A stretch of DNA of 64,000 nucleotides from the NCBI GenBank assembly GCA_026770705.1, contig JANJGN010000034.1, forward strand, positions 5,022,001 through 5,086,000. The letters run 5' to 3'. This stretch comes from Isurus oxyrinchus (taxonomy: Eukaryota). The notes beneath the pieces are model-generated. The model was given only the letters and a program-made list of their open reading frames with translations, made no database searches and was not told the origin of the DNA. Below are positions 36,420 through 49,789 of this stretch, piece by piece (the stretch's first letter is position 1; the number at the start of each line of letters is the position of its first letter). Made by a program: the position numbers and the translations under genes.

Positions 36420-39170
36420 GCTGAGCTTGGGCTGTTGGCTTCGCTGGCATGGCCAGCATTTATGTCAGATCCCAAGTTGCCCTTGAGAAATTGAATCTGA
36501 GATGCCTTCTGAACCGTTGCAGCCCAAGTTTGCCTTTATTATGAAAACTGATCTGCCCGAATCGACATTGTTTTGGACTGATGTTGTTCATCTAAATATA
36601 TTTCTTGCATTTTATCACCCACCTCACTTTTTAAAACTACAGGATTTTTTTTTTACGTTTGGAAAGTAACCTCCTTTTGGACTATTGCTTTTGTGTTTAA
36701 TTAGAGGTTAAGTACTTGCAATATCTGGAATGCTTTTTTTCAGGGACACCCACGAAGTTGTTTGGAGGCAATTCTAAAATTTTGCATCGGAGAAGGCGAT
36801 ATATTTCCAATTCAGGGTGGTGAGTGCCTTGGACCATACTTCCAGGTGTTGGTAACCACATCCACCTCCTGCCCTTGTTCTCGTTGACTGTTGTGGTCAT
36901 GTGTTTAGCAGGTGCTGTCCAAGCAGCCTTGGTGAATTCCTCCAATGCATGTTGTAGTTGGTATACACTGCTGCTAGAATGAGTCAATGTTTGTCAATTT
37001 CGCGCCAATGAAGCGCGCTGCTTAGCTCTGGGTCGTGTCAAGTTTCTTGAATGTTGCAGAAGCTGCACTCATCCAGTGACGTAGATAGTACTCCATCACT
37101 CTCCTGCATTCTGCCGTTTATATGGTGGACAGGATTTTTGGCGTAATGAGTTTAGTCACTCTTTGCAACATCCCTAGCCTCTGACGTGCTCTTGTAGGCA
37201 CAGTGATAATATGGTTAGTCCAGTTCTGTTTCTGGTCAATGGTATTCAACAGGATGTTTATAACGGGGGACACAGTGATGATAATGCCATTGAATATCAA
37301 AGGGTGATGCTTGGATTCTCCCTAGTTGGTTAGTGTCTTTGCCAGACACTTTTGTGGCAGATATGTTATTTACCACTGGTCAGCCCAAGCCTAGATGTTG
37401 TCCAGATCTTGCTGTACTTGGAAATGGGCTGCTTCTATATTTGTGGAGTCGGAAATAGTGCCATCATAACAAATATCCACACTACTGAAAATATGATATA
37501 AGGCTGGTCACTGTTGAAGTAGCTAAGGATGCTTGGGTCGAGTTCATTAAAATCACGAACTACTGCAATGATGTCATCCTGAGATGACTGAACTGCAACA
37601 ACCACAACTACCTTTCTTTTTGCTAGAGATAGCTCCAATCAAATCAGGCCGTCCCCCTTGATTCTGATTGACTCCAATTACGATCTTGATCCTTCAAGGC
37701 GTACTCGGTGACATGCTGCCTTCATGTCAAGCACTGCCACCCTCACCTGATCTCGGGAGTCCCACTCTTTTGTCCATATTTGAACCAAGGCTGTAATGAG
37801 GTTAGAACATGCTTGGCACTGGCGGAGTCCAAACTGAGTTTCAGTGTGCACGTTATTGCTAATCAAGTGCCGCTTCATAGTACAGTTGATTACCCCTCGC
37901 ATTAATTTAATGATGAGTGAAAAAAAATGATGGGGTTATAATTGGTCACGTTGTATTTGCCCTGCGTTTTTTTTTTGTACGGGGCAGATATAGGCAACTG
38001 TCCACATAGCCGAATAGATGTCAAAGTTTTCACTGTACTGGAAAAGATTTATGAGGGGCACGGTATATTTTGCAGTACCAGCCCTCAGTGCTATTGCAGG
38101 AATGCTGTCAGGAGCAATAGCCCTGGCACTATCCAGTGCCTACAGCCGTTTCTTGATGTCACATGGAGTGAATAGAACTGTGTGATGACTGGCAAATATG
38201 ATGCTGCGGCCCTCAAGAGGACTAGGAAATTGTTCTTTTATTTCGCACTTTTGCTTGAAAATAGCAGCAATAGATTTAGCTTTATACTTCGCACTGATGT
38301 GCTGAGCTCTTCCATCATTGAGGATGGAGATACTTTTGGAGCCTCTTTCATTAGTGTGTCGTTTAATTGCCCACCACTATTCATGACTCGATGCAGTACA
38401 CCTACAGAGCTTATACCTGATCCATTGCCTGTGGAATCGCTTAGCAATTCCTATCACGTGCTGTTAATTGTGTTTGGAAAGCGAAAAGTTCTACGTCATA
38501 GCTTCAGCAGGTTGACAACTCATTTTCAGGCATGGCTGGTTTTGCTCCAGGCATGCACTTCTGCACTTTTCATTGAAACAAGATTGATTTACTAGCTTTA
38601 CGGCAATGGTAGAGTGGGGCATATGCCGGGCTGTGAGTTTACATATTACTTTCGAGTACAATTCTGCTTCTGTTCATGGCTCCAACGTGTCATGGATACC
38701 CAAAATTGAATTGTTGCATCTGTTCAAAATCTATCCCATTTAGCTCAGTGATACAGCAACACATCATGATGGAAGATATCCTCATTGTGCAGGCGGGACC
38801 TCTTTCCCACAGAGACTGTGCCGTGGTTTGGCCTTCCAATACTGTCATACACAGATGCATCCGTGTAAGGCAGGTTGATGTGAGTAAGGTTAAGCATGTT
38901 TACTACTCCTGTTGGTTCCCTCACCTCCTGCCGCAGACAAAGTTGAGCAGTTATCTCAATCGGCCAAATCGTTCAGTAGTGTTTCTAAGGAGCCACCTTT
39001 GGTGACAGATATGGAAGCGCCCCACCCAGATTCTGTGCTGTTTCCATCCTCTGTGCTTCCTCCAAATTATAATAAATGAGGGAGTTGAGATAAGACAGTA
39101 CGTGGAAATCAAGAGGAGGTCTCCTTCCCCATGTTTGCCTAATGCACATGATAGATCGGAATTCCAAATG
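36420..39170 (-). mobile_element. Long LINE fragment (same family as 20320-21450) covering endonuclease, RT and tail
   Basis: QFGLRQ...LITALVQIWTKEWDSRDQVRVAVLDMKAACHRV (RT motifs) and LLLISTY (APE). Confidence 0.85.
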
Positions 39171-40020
39171 AACATCATGGAATTCATAGAATAGAATTCA
39201 ACCTAGGCTGCAGCTCCAATGCAAGCTCCCATCTATTGCCCTTCCTGCCCAGTAATTTATATGCTGTGAATCAAGTATAGTCAGCTTGAATGCATAATGT
39301 GCTGCTGAATAGAAATGGCCCATTGTTTGCTAGAACGCCCACACCGTCATTTATGTGGACGATTAACTTTTGTACAAACAGTGCAACAATAATTCATATA
39401 CATCTTTGTCCACTTAATTTGTTGCTGTTCACACTTTATATGATGTTTATTAACATTAACAGCTGATGTCGTACGCCTCCTCAGACGAAGTAGGTGACTA
39501 AATCTGGTGCTTCATTTTGATTGGCTCTGTATCATTGAACAATGTTCTTCATTTCTTTATTCAAAGGCTATCACTAACACAAAAAAAACTAAATAACAAT
39601 CATCCCATGTGTATTGAAAGGCCCTAAGACAAATCACGGGGAAAAAAATTAACATTTTGCCACATATCTTCAATAAGAGATAATAAGGCATCCTAACAAA
39701 CGTTTGCTCAAAACGTTTGCTGAATGTCATAAACCGAGATGAATTTAGAAAACGAGTTATGTTGACTAACAAATGCTGCAGTTTATTATCTGGGCAACTC
39801 AAGTTTTCGCTACAACGTTGGTATTATGGTAAAATGTGATCAGATTCAGATTAACACAGAGACGTAGGTTGGTAAAGGAGATTACCGAGGAAGAACCAAA
39901 GAGCCCATGTAGCTCAGTGAATTAATATTAATCATTGCCTAACCCATGATGTTTATCAGTGCAAGTCCAGGTCCTAGTTTTATTTTGTATTCAACTTCAA
40001 GAAGACATTATTGTTGAGGT

Positions 40021-40345
40021 AAAAACAAAAACAAAAAAAAAGAACTGCAGATGCTGGGAAACCAAAACAAAAGCAGAATTACCTGGAAAAACTCAGCAGG
40101 TCTGGCAGCATCGGCGGAGAAGAAAAGAGTTGACGTTTCGAGTTCTCATGACCCTTCGACAGAACTGTTCTGTCAAAGGGTCATGAGGACTCGCAACGTG
40201 AACTCTTTTCTTCTCCACCGATGCTGCCAGACCTGCTGAGTTTTTCCAGTCTGTCGACGGGTCATGAGGACTCGAAATGTCAACTCTTTTCTTCTCCGCC
40301 GATGCTGCCAGACCTGCTGAGTTTTTCCAGGTAATTCTGTTTTTG
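40021..40345. mobile_element. Young Penelope-derived palindromic element (three arms) with 13-bp TSD
   Basis: Near-perfect inverted repeat centred at 40166 plus a duplicated right arm; ttattgttgaggt at 40008-40020 and 40346-40358. Confidence 0.8.
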
Positions 40346-42111
40346 TTATTGTTGAGGTGACGGAAAAGGCGTTTAGCCTAATGGACACAAGGGGATTGAT
40401 CTGGTTTATTGTTGAACAACATTTTAAATAAAAGATCCACTATAAGTCATACGAGAATCAAAAATTATTTAGGAGTCAATGCAAATATTGCTGCGTGGAA
40501 GAGTAGTTTAAAATAATTTTAAATTCTGTACTAAAAGGGAGAAAATTAATATCGTAAACTTTAGTTACATTTCATGCAGTTAGAATATTAATTATGTTAC
40601 TTAATTGAACATGACGGGCTCCCATCCGTTTCTTCTGTATAATGCATAAACTTCCAAAATCCATGTCCTCATCCAATTTTGATCTCAATCGCTGAGATTC
40701 AGAACAAGTCTTTAATTGGCTTAATAATGGAAAAAGCAACACGACAGGCATTTTTAAATCGTTTTGGTGTTCGGTATATAAACCTTAGTCATATTCCAAA
40801 AATTTAATAAAAATTATATACCATGGTTTGCTAACCTTTGCCTAGTGAACAAAGACAAATGCAATAAAAAAAAACTGTGCTTGGAGATCCGTCCAAGATT
40901 TGTGGAAGCTTTAGAAAATGATTATATCCGAATGTCACGTTCTTGGGACTGTGTAATGGCGCGTGACCTTTACTATGAACCCAAGCTTAAATTGAAACAG
41001 CCAATTTATTCATGGAGGCATTTAAATAAAAACTGAAACTGCTTATCTGATTCGGATTTGTCGTTCAAAGGAGAATAAAATGTGAAATTCAATGTTCTCC
41101 CCATTCGATCTCTGTGCAAGGCATGTCCAAATTCTTCTTTTCTTGAAATCTTCCAGGAACTGTCCATGTGCTTTGTTGAAGTTCAAGACGATTATTTTTT
41201 TAATGTAATGATTTCATGATCAATTCCAGAAATATCTGCCACGGGATAAAAAATATGTAAAATGTAGGTTGCATACCATTCATCATAATTCGTATGCATG
41301 TCATTTTTCACCAACCAATAATTGCAAATTGTGGAATATTGACCGAGCCTTCTCCCACACAACTCCTCGAAAACCATTTCAATTTTTCTGCACTTCTACA
41401 ATTGCCTCATTGTCTACATGTCCACAGTGAAGCTCAACTATGCGTTCAATAAAATGCACTGAGCTCATTCTGTTGATAGTCCACAACACTTATATTATTC
41501 ATGTGTGCGAGACGATACAGGCCTAAACTTTTTTCTATGCATCGGAATGTAAAATAGCATAACGTACCCAAAGTACATAATCGATTGTGCAGGCACATTC
41601 TTTGCTCCGGTATTGATGTAATTAAACTATCTCCAAAAGATTAAGGGTAAAGGTCACACACAATTATATAATCTTAATTTAGAAGCTGGACAATCTATTA
41701 GCGTCTCCTGTCCCCACACCAACCGCCATACACCAGTACTCCTAAACGAACGCCTGCCACCCTCCACCCCGCCCCCCCCCCCCCCCCCCCCACCCCCATG
41801 GCCCACCCATCCCACAGACAAACACAGCTGGGATTTGATCAGAAGTAGAACTTTGTGGTTAGTTTATGAACAAAATTTTAAATTTTCGACCGTTCATGAC
41901 TTAAGGGAGCCATGTTTCTTGCAATAACAATTGTTTTCAAACTTGCTTTCATGTTCGATGAAGAACTAGGGAATGCAAGTAACAAAAAGTTACAACTGTT
42001 CCAATGCGCATTTATTCCTTGTACTGGAGCTGCACATATTCCGGGATTATGAATTATGGCTCTGTGCTGAATGTGACACAGTTTTACGATGCTTATTTTT
42101 CTATTATGCAG

Positions 42112-42147
42112 AGATACGAGACAGGAAACTACTTGTCCCAAGATTAG
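42112..42147 (+). CDS. Exon E11 (36 nt); (K/E)IRDRKLLVPRL
   Basis: cttatttttctattatgcag|AGATACG...AGATTAG|gtatga; phase 0 is closed by TAG. Confidence 0.75.
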   Translation, partial: RYETGNYLSQD

Positions 42148-42525
42148 GTATGAGCAACATAGTTTCACATCCATTCATCTTTTGCAATAACATTTGCATT
42201 CTCATTAGGGGAGTGAGGAAATATAGTTGCAAACGAGATCCAAAATATTTCTCATTTCATGTTATTAGGGCAAACATGTCACGTGGCTAACAAAGTGCAT
42301 GTTCAGGTCCGGAAATTGTATACGCATACCGCCTATGGCATTTTATTGTTGAATAATGGATAAATTGAATGGATATGTACGGATTCTATGTCACCTATGT
42401 CAAATTTTCAGCGTATCTGAATATGCAAAATGAAAATAAGTGGTATACGAGTACACCAGTGGGAAGACATAAGCAAGGAGTGGCGATCATCATGTAACAA
42501 CAGCATCCTTTAGAGATTAGGGCTG

Positions 42526-42567
42526 TTATGTTAGCCGTTAATGTTTTTATGTTAGCCGTTAATGTTT
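42526..42567. repeat. Tandem duplication, 21-bp unit x2
   Basis: ttatgttagccgttaatgttt repeated. Confidence 0.9.
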
Positions 42568-42739
42568 TTTGCACAAGTGACAGTATATCACTAGATTAAC
42601 CATCGCTCATATCACAGCAAAATGTTTCTACGGGAGCAATTGCAAGTGCATGATGTTGCCATCATGTCAGAGTTAATACTTTTTCCCTTTTTTTTTTTAT
42701 AATTTCCATGACTTGTTTCTAATATATTGAAAACATAAG

Positions 42740-42745
42740 AGAAGG
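42740..42745 (+). CDS. Microexon E12 (6 nt); (E)K
   Basis: Distant poly-pyrimidine tract (about 42679-42700) with no intervening AG, ...cataag|AGAAGG|gtaagt; yields RLEKEL. Confidence 0.45.
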
Positions 42746-43028
42746 GTAAGTTTCTAATCTTGTATTTGCCTTGTATGTTTTCTACTGAATGGTGAGGGAC
42801 TGCAATGTATTCACCACGAAACATTATGGATGAATATTTATGAAATATCCGACTCATATGTAATTAAAATATCCGGTCAAAATAAACGGTGGCTGGGGCA
42901 ATGTGCACATTAATTTTACTCAGGAGGCCGTTAGACCTCGTGCTCGCTGCCTGAAGGAGACGTCCAAGCAGTTGCAATAATAAAGTGCATCATTGCCTTG
43001 AAACAGTTGAAAAATGTACTTTTATTTT

Positions 43029-43090
43029 TGTGTGTGTTTGTGTGTGTGTATGTGTGTGTGTATGTGTGTATGTCTGTGTATGTCTGTTTG
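43029..43090. repeat. Imperfect (TG)n microsatellite
   Basis: Directly visible. Confidence 0.9.
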
Positions 43091-46000
43091 TCCTAGTGTA
43101 TGGAATGGCTGAAGGAGTATAACTAAATAACCATTCCTTGGCTAACATGGCGCCGATGTGTTATTGTGACTGGGATATCAGCCAAATACTAGTTTCATTT
43201 ATTTGAGGTGAGTGCTCAAAGTCCAAGACGAATTTAAATCCAATTAATGACAAATCTGGGGTTTAAACCCATTCTCTGCACTGGCGATCATGAACATATC
43301 ATCGACTAATGTAAAATTCAATTGGTTCATTGATATTACTTTTGAGAGTAAATTTTTCTTCCTTACTCTGTTTACGTTAAATTTCTTTCCAGACCCACAA
43401 TAATTTGAGTTGATCTTTACAGCAATCTGAAACGATAAAGAAGGCCTAACCTTCTGAAGGGATATCAGGAATAGGAAATAAATACTAGCCTTGCCTGTGT
43501 CGCCAAACACCTATGAGAGTATTACAATGCAAAAAAAAAAACAAGCAAACAATGTTATAGCTTGCACAGGCACGATACAAGAGTCTCCCATGTTCTGCTA
43601 GTGTGATGCTATGAATTAATAGTTGGTCCTCCATTGTTGTACTGGAGATCGGCTTGTATGTTAATGAGGCAGGAATTAGCTTGGTATGGAACTCATTAAG
43701 GATAGACCGGTTTCTTCTATTCACTTATTTGTTGCAGCTGGAATGGAAAGATAGGTTCTAGACGCTATTGCAAAAAAGTCATCTTACATATGCTTCCCTC
43801 TTGATGTAAATTTTAAAAAGTGATTATTAAGTTGGATATCAGGAGCACAGTGCAAAATTATAATAGCAGGTATAACAGTTCTGCTTGTAACTTACCATCC
43901 ACATGTCAACGTTTTAATATTGGGTAGTTTCATGAAAAAAGGTCAACAATGAACAACATTGTAATTTGAGACGCACAATTGACACTTCCGACCTCATGTC
44001 TGTTTACCCATTGGTTCATTTGTGAATGGCACACCTCACAAATTCAGTGAGGTATTGTGTTCCTTATCCTTATAAAGCCTTCTCTAATAAAAGTCCAAAC
44101 AAAACATTGTACTGAACATTTCAATTGACCCAAAATCACCTGTCCTTCTGAAATTTTGCATGTTCCTTTATATTTACATTTTCCTCATATTGCAACTACT
44201 GATTTGTTAACTTCCATTTAAAATCATACCTTGTTGAAATTTGTCCAGAATTTTGTTTCTTTCTACGAAACCTCGCAAACTGCTTCATCTTTTAATGTAT
44301 CTTAAAGAGCTGATGTTCCAACGTACTAAACCTATGGTGATATAATCTATCGACACACAATCTGTCCTCCTGAATTTGACGTGGTATCGTTCTTCACTGT
44401 CTGCTTTCTGACAATGAAATTGTCAATCTGGCTTTTCTGTGAAAGGTTGTCAATAATTGAACACACACCTCAACACGTCTGTTAAAAAAAAAAACGTTGA
44501 ATCCCCACGGTTAAATTCCTACCTTTTGCCGAATAGGAACAAGTTCCAGTCACATATTTGATTAACTTTTATATTTGTACACTAGAAATGTTAAGAGGAG
44601 GGTGCACATACTAAATCAGAATCGCGATGGATATATGTTTAAGAAACATTACTGTGCTTTGGGCAAACTGTATGATACCCAGTTAAAATAAGTGCTCAAT
44701 AATACGGAACATCACAGCCTTCCCCCTTGCAAACGTAAGATTCTTTGTTCTATAAACCCTGACTTCGAGAGGTATAATGCGTAATTGCTAGAATATGAAG
44801 TTTGAAAATCGCCTGTCCAAAAAAACTCTACGCCTGAGAATAATTAAGATGGACTTTAACACAACAAAATCTCCACCTAATGTGTTATTGACAGACGATG
44901 CGATATCGCAAGTCTGCATTAACAAAACAAAATAATGTTTCAGCCTTTGGGGTTTGAAGGAAATCAATGAACAGTCGACAATACTGGTTGGATATGGGAC
45001 TTATACTCGGCAATGCTGATTTGCATTTTCAAAAGGCTCTTTCCAACTGGTCAAAATTGCAACATGATAAACATGTTTCGAGAATCCCTTTGTTGCATGT
45101 TGCCTTTCCAATAAGGCTGTGCACCTCATGGAATAAATCGGCAGACTGCCTGAAACAGCTGCATGAACCACTCCTGCAGCTGGCCACATTCTTGAATGCA
45201 TGCATTGGTCAATAAATTGAAAACTCTCTTATGAGTCAAACGGTTGCGGTTTTAAATATGCCACAGTTACTTTAGCACAGGAAAATGGCTGGTAATCCAA
45301 AACTATGGAGAGGGAGTGTTCCAAGTTCGGAGGAAACATGGAAGCAAAGTCAATTTGCGGTCAATGCTGAACGTCGAAGAATCTCACATGAAGCAGCGCA
45401 AGAGATATAATCCCAAATTTCATGGCCACAACTTCTCTCTGAACCGATTATACAAAGAAACATCTGTTAGCTGAACATTACCATGTTGTTGACAATGTTA
45501 ATTTGTTAAGTGAAACTCGGCTCTCAAGCTTCCTAAATCAAAGTAGTGCATACATTTGAAAACAATAAAATCAATGTGTATAACAGACTTTGCAATGGCA
45601 TTCAGTAGTGAATGCCACAATTTAAACATTACTTTGGTGGCCTTTGTGGAAAGGAGGGAAAGGAAGAGAACTATCCTCTGATGGTGTGTTGGCTTTCAGA
45701 CTAGTCTCTCCGGAAATTTTGTCGAATTGGCAATAGAATAATTATCAAATAAAGAAAATTGAAAGTGACTGTGGCATAAGTCATTGCAGCATTGCAAAAA
45801 GAAGTAAGATTCTCTCAGTAGAGTCGTCCGACTCAGGAAGTTGACAATCAAAGGGCACATCACACTCACTGGATTCCTGGTCATTGCAAAATCCACTTTC
45901 CCTCATCAGGTGCTACCAACAATGTCCATCTATTCGTACCGAAGCGTCCAATAAAGTTTAGGTTTAATCAACTCTCGCACAAATTTAGCACAGTTTATGA

Positions 46001-49000
46001 TCTAAATCAATATACCAAACCCAGTCCGCACTGGCCGTGATTCAGGCATGGCCGAAAATAACGCTTTAGGTCAAACTCAGGCCTGAGATCCAGGACACAT
46101 TGTACTATTCCTCTGACGTATGTGACCAAAAGGGCCTAACACAAAACATCCAAAAAACTCAAATATTCTTACAACCAGCCCACACAAAACTTCAACTCCA
46201 CCCATTACAAAACATTCAGCGACAACATCCTCAGAAGTGTGCCTAATCACTCATGTATTGATAGGAACAACTTCACCACGGCTGACATAAAAGGTACGGA
46301 AAGAAATCACGTTATGCAATTTACAAGCTCAGTTTTTTTGGCAGGTTGTGAAAAGAATGACCTGAGAAGCAAGACCGGAAACCCAACACTTCGGTCGTCG
46401 TTTCCCAGTCAGAATTAAGGCCCACGCTCCTCTTTGCTTCAGAAAATTTGACACCTGCAGAAAACTCTCCACCGACTAGAGAAGTAACATCACCGAGGCG
46501 CTAATAACTTACAGCCAGTTCCACTGAGCAAGCCATACCATTCTTATAACAAACAGCAGGTCCAGAAAATAGCGTTCCACTCCAAACAATCTCTGCCACA
46601 GTTGAGAGAACCCACAAATAACATACTGAACTAATCAGCCCTCTCGAATGCCATGAAAATGGAAAGAAAATCAGACGTCACCGATCACGGCAGACGACCT
46701 AAGCAGAGAATGCCGTGTGAAAATCACTTTGCAGTTCATATTTTCCTGTCTAATGCAAAAGTGCTCAGCACAAAGAACCAGCATCAATTAATGTAAAGCG
46801 ACAACCAGACCAGTGTGTATTAAATCGCATGGTGGAAAGCGGGTTTTGCGTTGTTGCTAAGGACATCCCTGAAAACTTGCTAATTTGTTCAGATTAAGCA
46901 ATAATTTTTTGTTTTGTTGCAGTGGATATCTAATTCTACTGGTCACGTCTCTCTCCTCCCTTATGCCTCATACTCCTTTTACTGAAGATTCAGATTGTTA
47001 GCATATAGTTCCAAGGCTGCTGATTCCATCATCGCAAATGAGTTACTGTCCGTATTCTTCTTATTCTGTTTTTTGTACACATCAATTTCGAGACTTTGAT
47101 TCAAATGGAGCAAAATAATGAAATGCAGAGAGATTGTCATTCAATATCAATTCGCAGGTAGCATTGCAGACACAGAAACTACGAACATAACAGTGGCAAA
47201 CATGAAGGAGTCATGGGCACATGATGAGACTGTGATGTAACTGTGCAAGACAAAGGTTACAGAAAAGACTAGTGCAAAGACCAGATGCCAGATTCCGCAC
47301 ACCAAAGGCACTTTGAAGGACAGTTAAGGATACAGATTGAAAGGACTGTCAATATTATTAAATATATGATGAACTGTAAAGTCTTATGCCACTTCTAAAT
47401 TAGATTGTCAGGAGTTTGGAAGATTAATGGGTCGTCATTAAGCAGATTTCTTGGAGCCTGTATGATGTACCTCCAATATGGAAAGGGTAGACACTTCTAT
47501 TAAGATACTTATGACACCCACGATGATCCTACGCCAGATGAACAACACCGCAAAACCAGTTGCAACACAAACTGTATAGTTGGAAGGGAAAGCAGCTGAT
47601 TATCCTTTTGTTGCAGGTGTCCATAGGTCAGTCAATTTAGTTAGTTATGTAAAAGGAAAACAAAGTAGCCCCGTACTAAACGTTCAGATTTAGACAAAGA
47701 GAAATTAAAGCTTTTCCTACAATTTTTGATATAACTTAACTATGTCGGATTTCCAATAGGTCACTGAAGTTAAATCAATGCCAAATCAGTGAGTTGGATT
47801 CAACAACAGTGACAATAATCTGATAACAATTCCAAGATCATTTGGGTTGTCAAATGGGCGGAAAGGAGACGAGATGAAATTATTCTTATGCCAGATACTT
47901 AGAGCTAAGCACTGCTAGAACATAGCACAAGTAGAGGAGGATAATCGGCATAGGATGTGATTTGTTTTAAGGAAATCAGAAGAGCAAATGCGAAGCATAA
48001 AATATAAGCTAATGAAAAGTTTATTCACTTTAGGACTATTTAAAATCATACACAAAACATTAACACATAAAGACGGAAGGATAAGTGGGCATGTATTTAG
48101 TGCAAGCCATTGAGGACAGTAAATGGACCTGTGTGTAGAACTGGAGGACATCGACCTGATGTGTCAGAAACAGCGTTCGTGAACTGAAAGTAATATAGCT
48201 TTTTTTTGTAATTCTAATAATAGGTGAAGAGTGTCCACTGTTGGATCAAATCAACATAGCCTGAACGAAATTATATGGGGTTTGCCACCGGTTAAAATAC
48301 AAAAATATCCGAGCAAAGGACGAAATCTAATTCGAGTATTAAGGGAGAAAGACAGAAACAACAGCAGGAAGGTCCTTCTATTAATCTTGACTTGCCAAGT
48401 TGTGATGACAAAGGAGTGGAGAACAGACAGCGCTGTAGTGTTATGCCTACAGGGAGGAAAAAACAATTTATTGTTTTAAAAAAAAACGTTCAGTTTGTCC
48501 TACACAAAGAAGGGGAAAATTACTGGGAATTATCGTGGGAACCTCAATATTAATCTTGAAGAACATGAATGAGTACAAGCTGTGTGCTGCGAATGGTAAA
48601 GAGTTTTTTTTTTCTTTTTGTCTAACGTTAGTGAATTTTTAAGAATTTAACAAAAAGAAAACGGACTCCTCTGGATTGTGAAATCCCATGAAACACAAGT
48701 CACAACTAGCATATATTACCCTAATTATTCGATTGCACTACAGAGGGTTCAGTGGAGATGGCAAGGCAGTTTCCTGAATTGAATAATTTAGTTAAGGTGC
48801 AGTTGTTTTTCTGTTAATACAGAGACTGACGAAGGCTAGAATTGTAATTCATGGCATATAAAGAGCCTAGATATACAGAATGGGCAGCCATAGACCCCGT
48901 GGTTAAGCGGTCATAACGACATTCCATTGATTTAGGGAAAGAAGTAGCAGATGTGCAACGGATTCTAGGCAATCAGTGCTCATCAGAATATTGAAGGTTT

Positions 49001-49789
49001 TGGAACACACTGCACGAGAGAGTGGAAGTGGTAGAAGTACCGATGTACATTGAAAATATTAATTATAGGATATGAACTTGAAGCGACATCACCTACAAGT
49101 CTACAGAAGAAGTGATGGGAAGTGGAATAAGACTGACTGGCTACTTATCGGCAGATGTGGGCAAGAAGGTCCGAAAAGCTTCTCTATTTCCTTTAAAATC
49201 GAATAAGTTTTCTATGAATTATATAATAAGCTGCAACTGCTGCAATGCAACCATCCTCGGTCACAGGTCAAACTTTTCACCGTGAAAATTCCGAATTATG
49301 CCTCTCAAACATTCACTGTTCCCACCACCATTCTAGATATCATTTTTGTTAAGTTCTATCCGATCGCAAAATAAGTGATTATTCTGATTTATAACTTGAT
49401 CTATGTATGTGAGGTCACACTGGTTCGTTATGTATAATTCCCGTTAATAATTGTCCTTGAGCAGGTACTGGTGAGCCGATTAAGTCGGTGCAATTATCAG
49501 GAAACATTATAAGGCATTTAAGCAACAACATTTATCACTATTGTGGCCTTGACCCATGTCTATACTAGACCTTGTAAGTATGGAATATTTTACACCCAAG
49601 AAAGATTTTAGTTAACACGATTCTTTTCAGCTAATCCAACGGTTTTCTAATCCTCATTCAGTATTACCATTTAAATTCCATTTTTTTCCAGGATGAAATT
49701 TGTCCTCATGTCTTTGGAGTTTTTCTTCGGACCTCTACAATACAAGCTCAGTGTCAGGACAACCATGCTACTGCCCTCTGTTGCAGCTT

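Noticed and set aside
40030-40345. CRISPR-like or terminator structure
   Set aside because: Eukaryotic context, no spacers; explained by a palindromic transposon with a TSD.
43097-43207. 111-nt exon with good splice sites after the (TG)n tract
   Set aside because: Stops in all three frames; at best non-coding.
47131-47157. 27-nt exon ending in GCAG (xIVIQYQFA)
   Set aside because: Purine-rich acceptor with no pyrimidine tract and a weak donor.
49465-49470. 6-nt microexon cag|GTACTG|gtgagc
   Set aside because: Matches the common SINE/LINE tail motif (ttgcccttgagaaggtggtggtgagc) seen elsewhere in the window.
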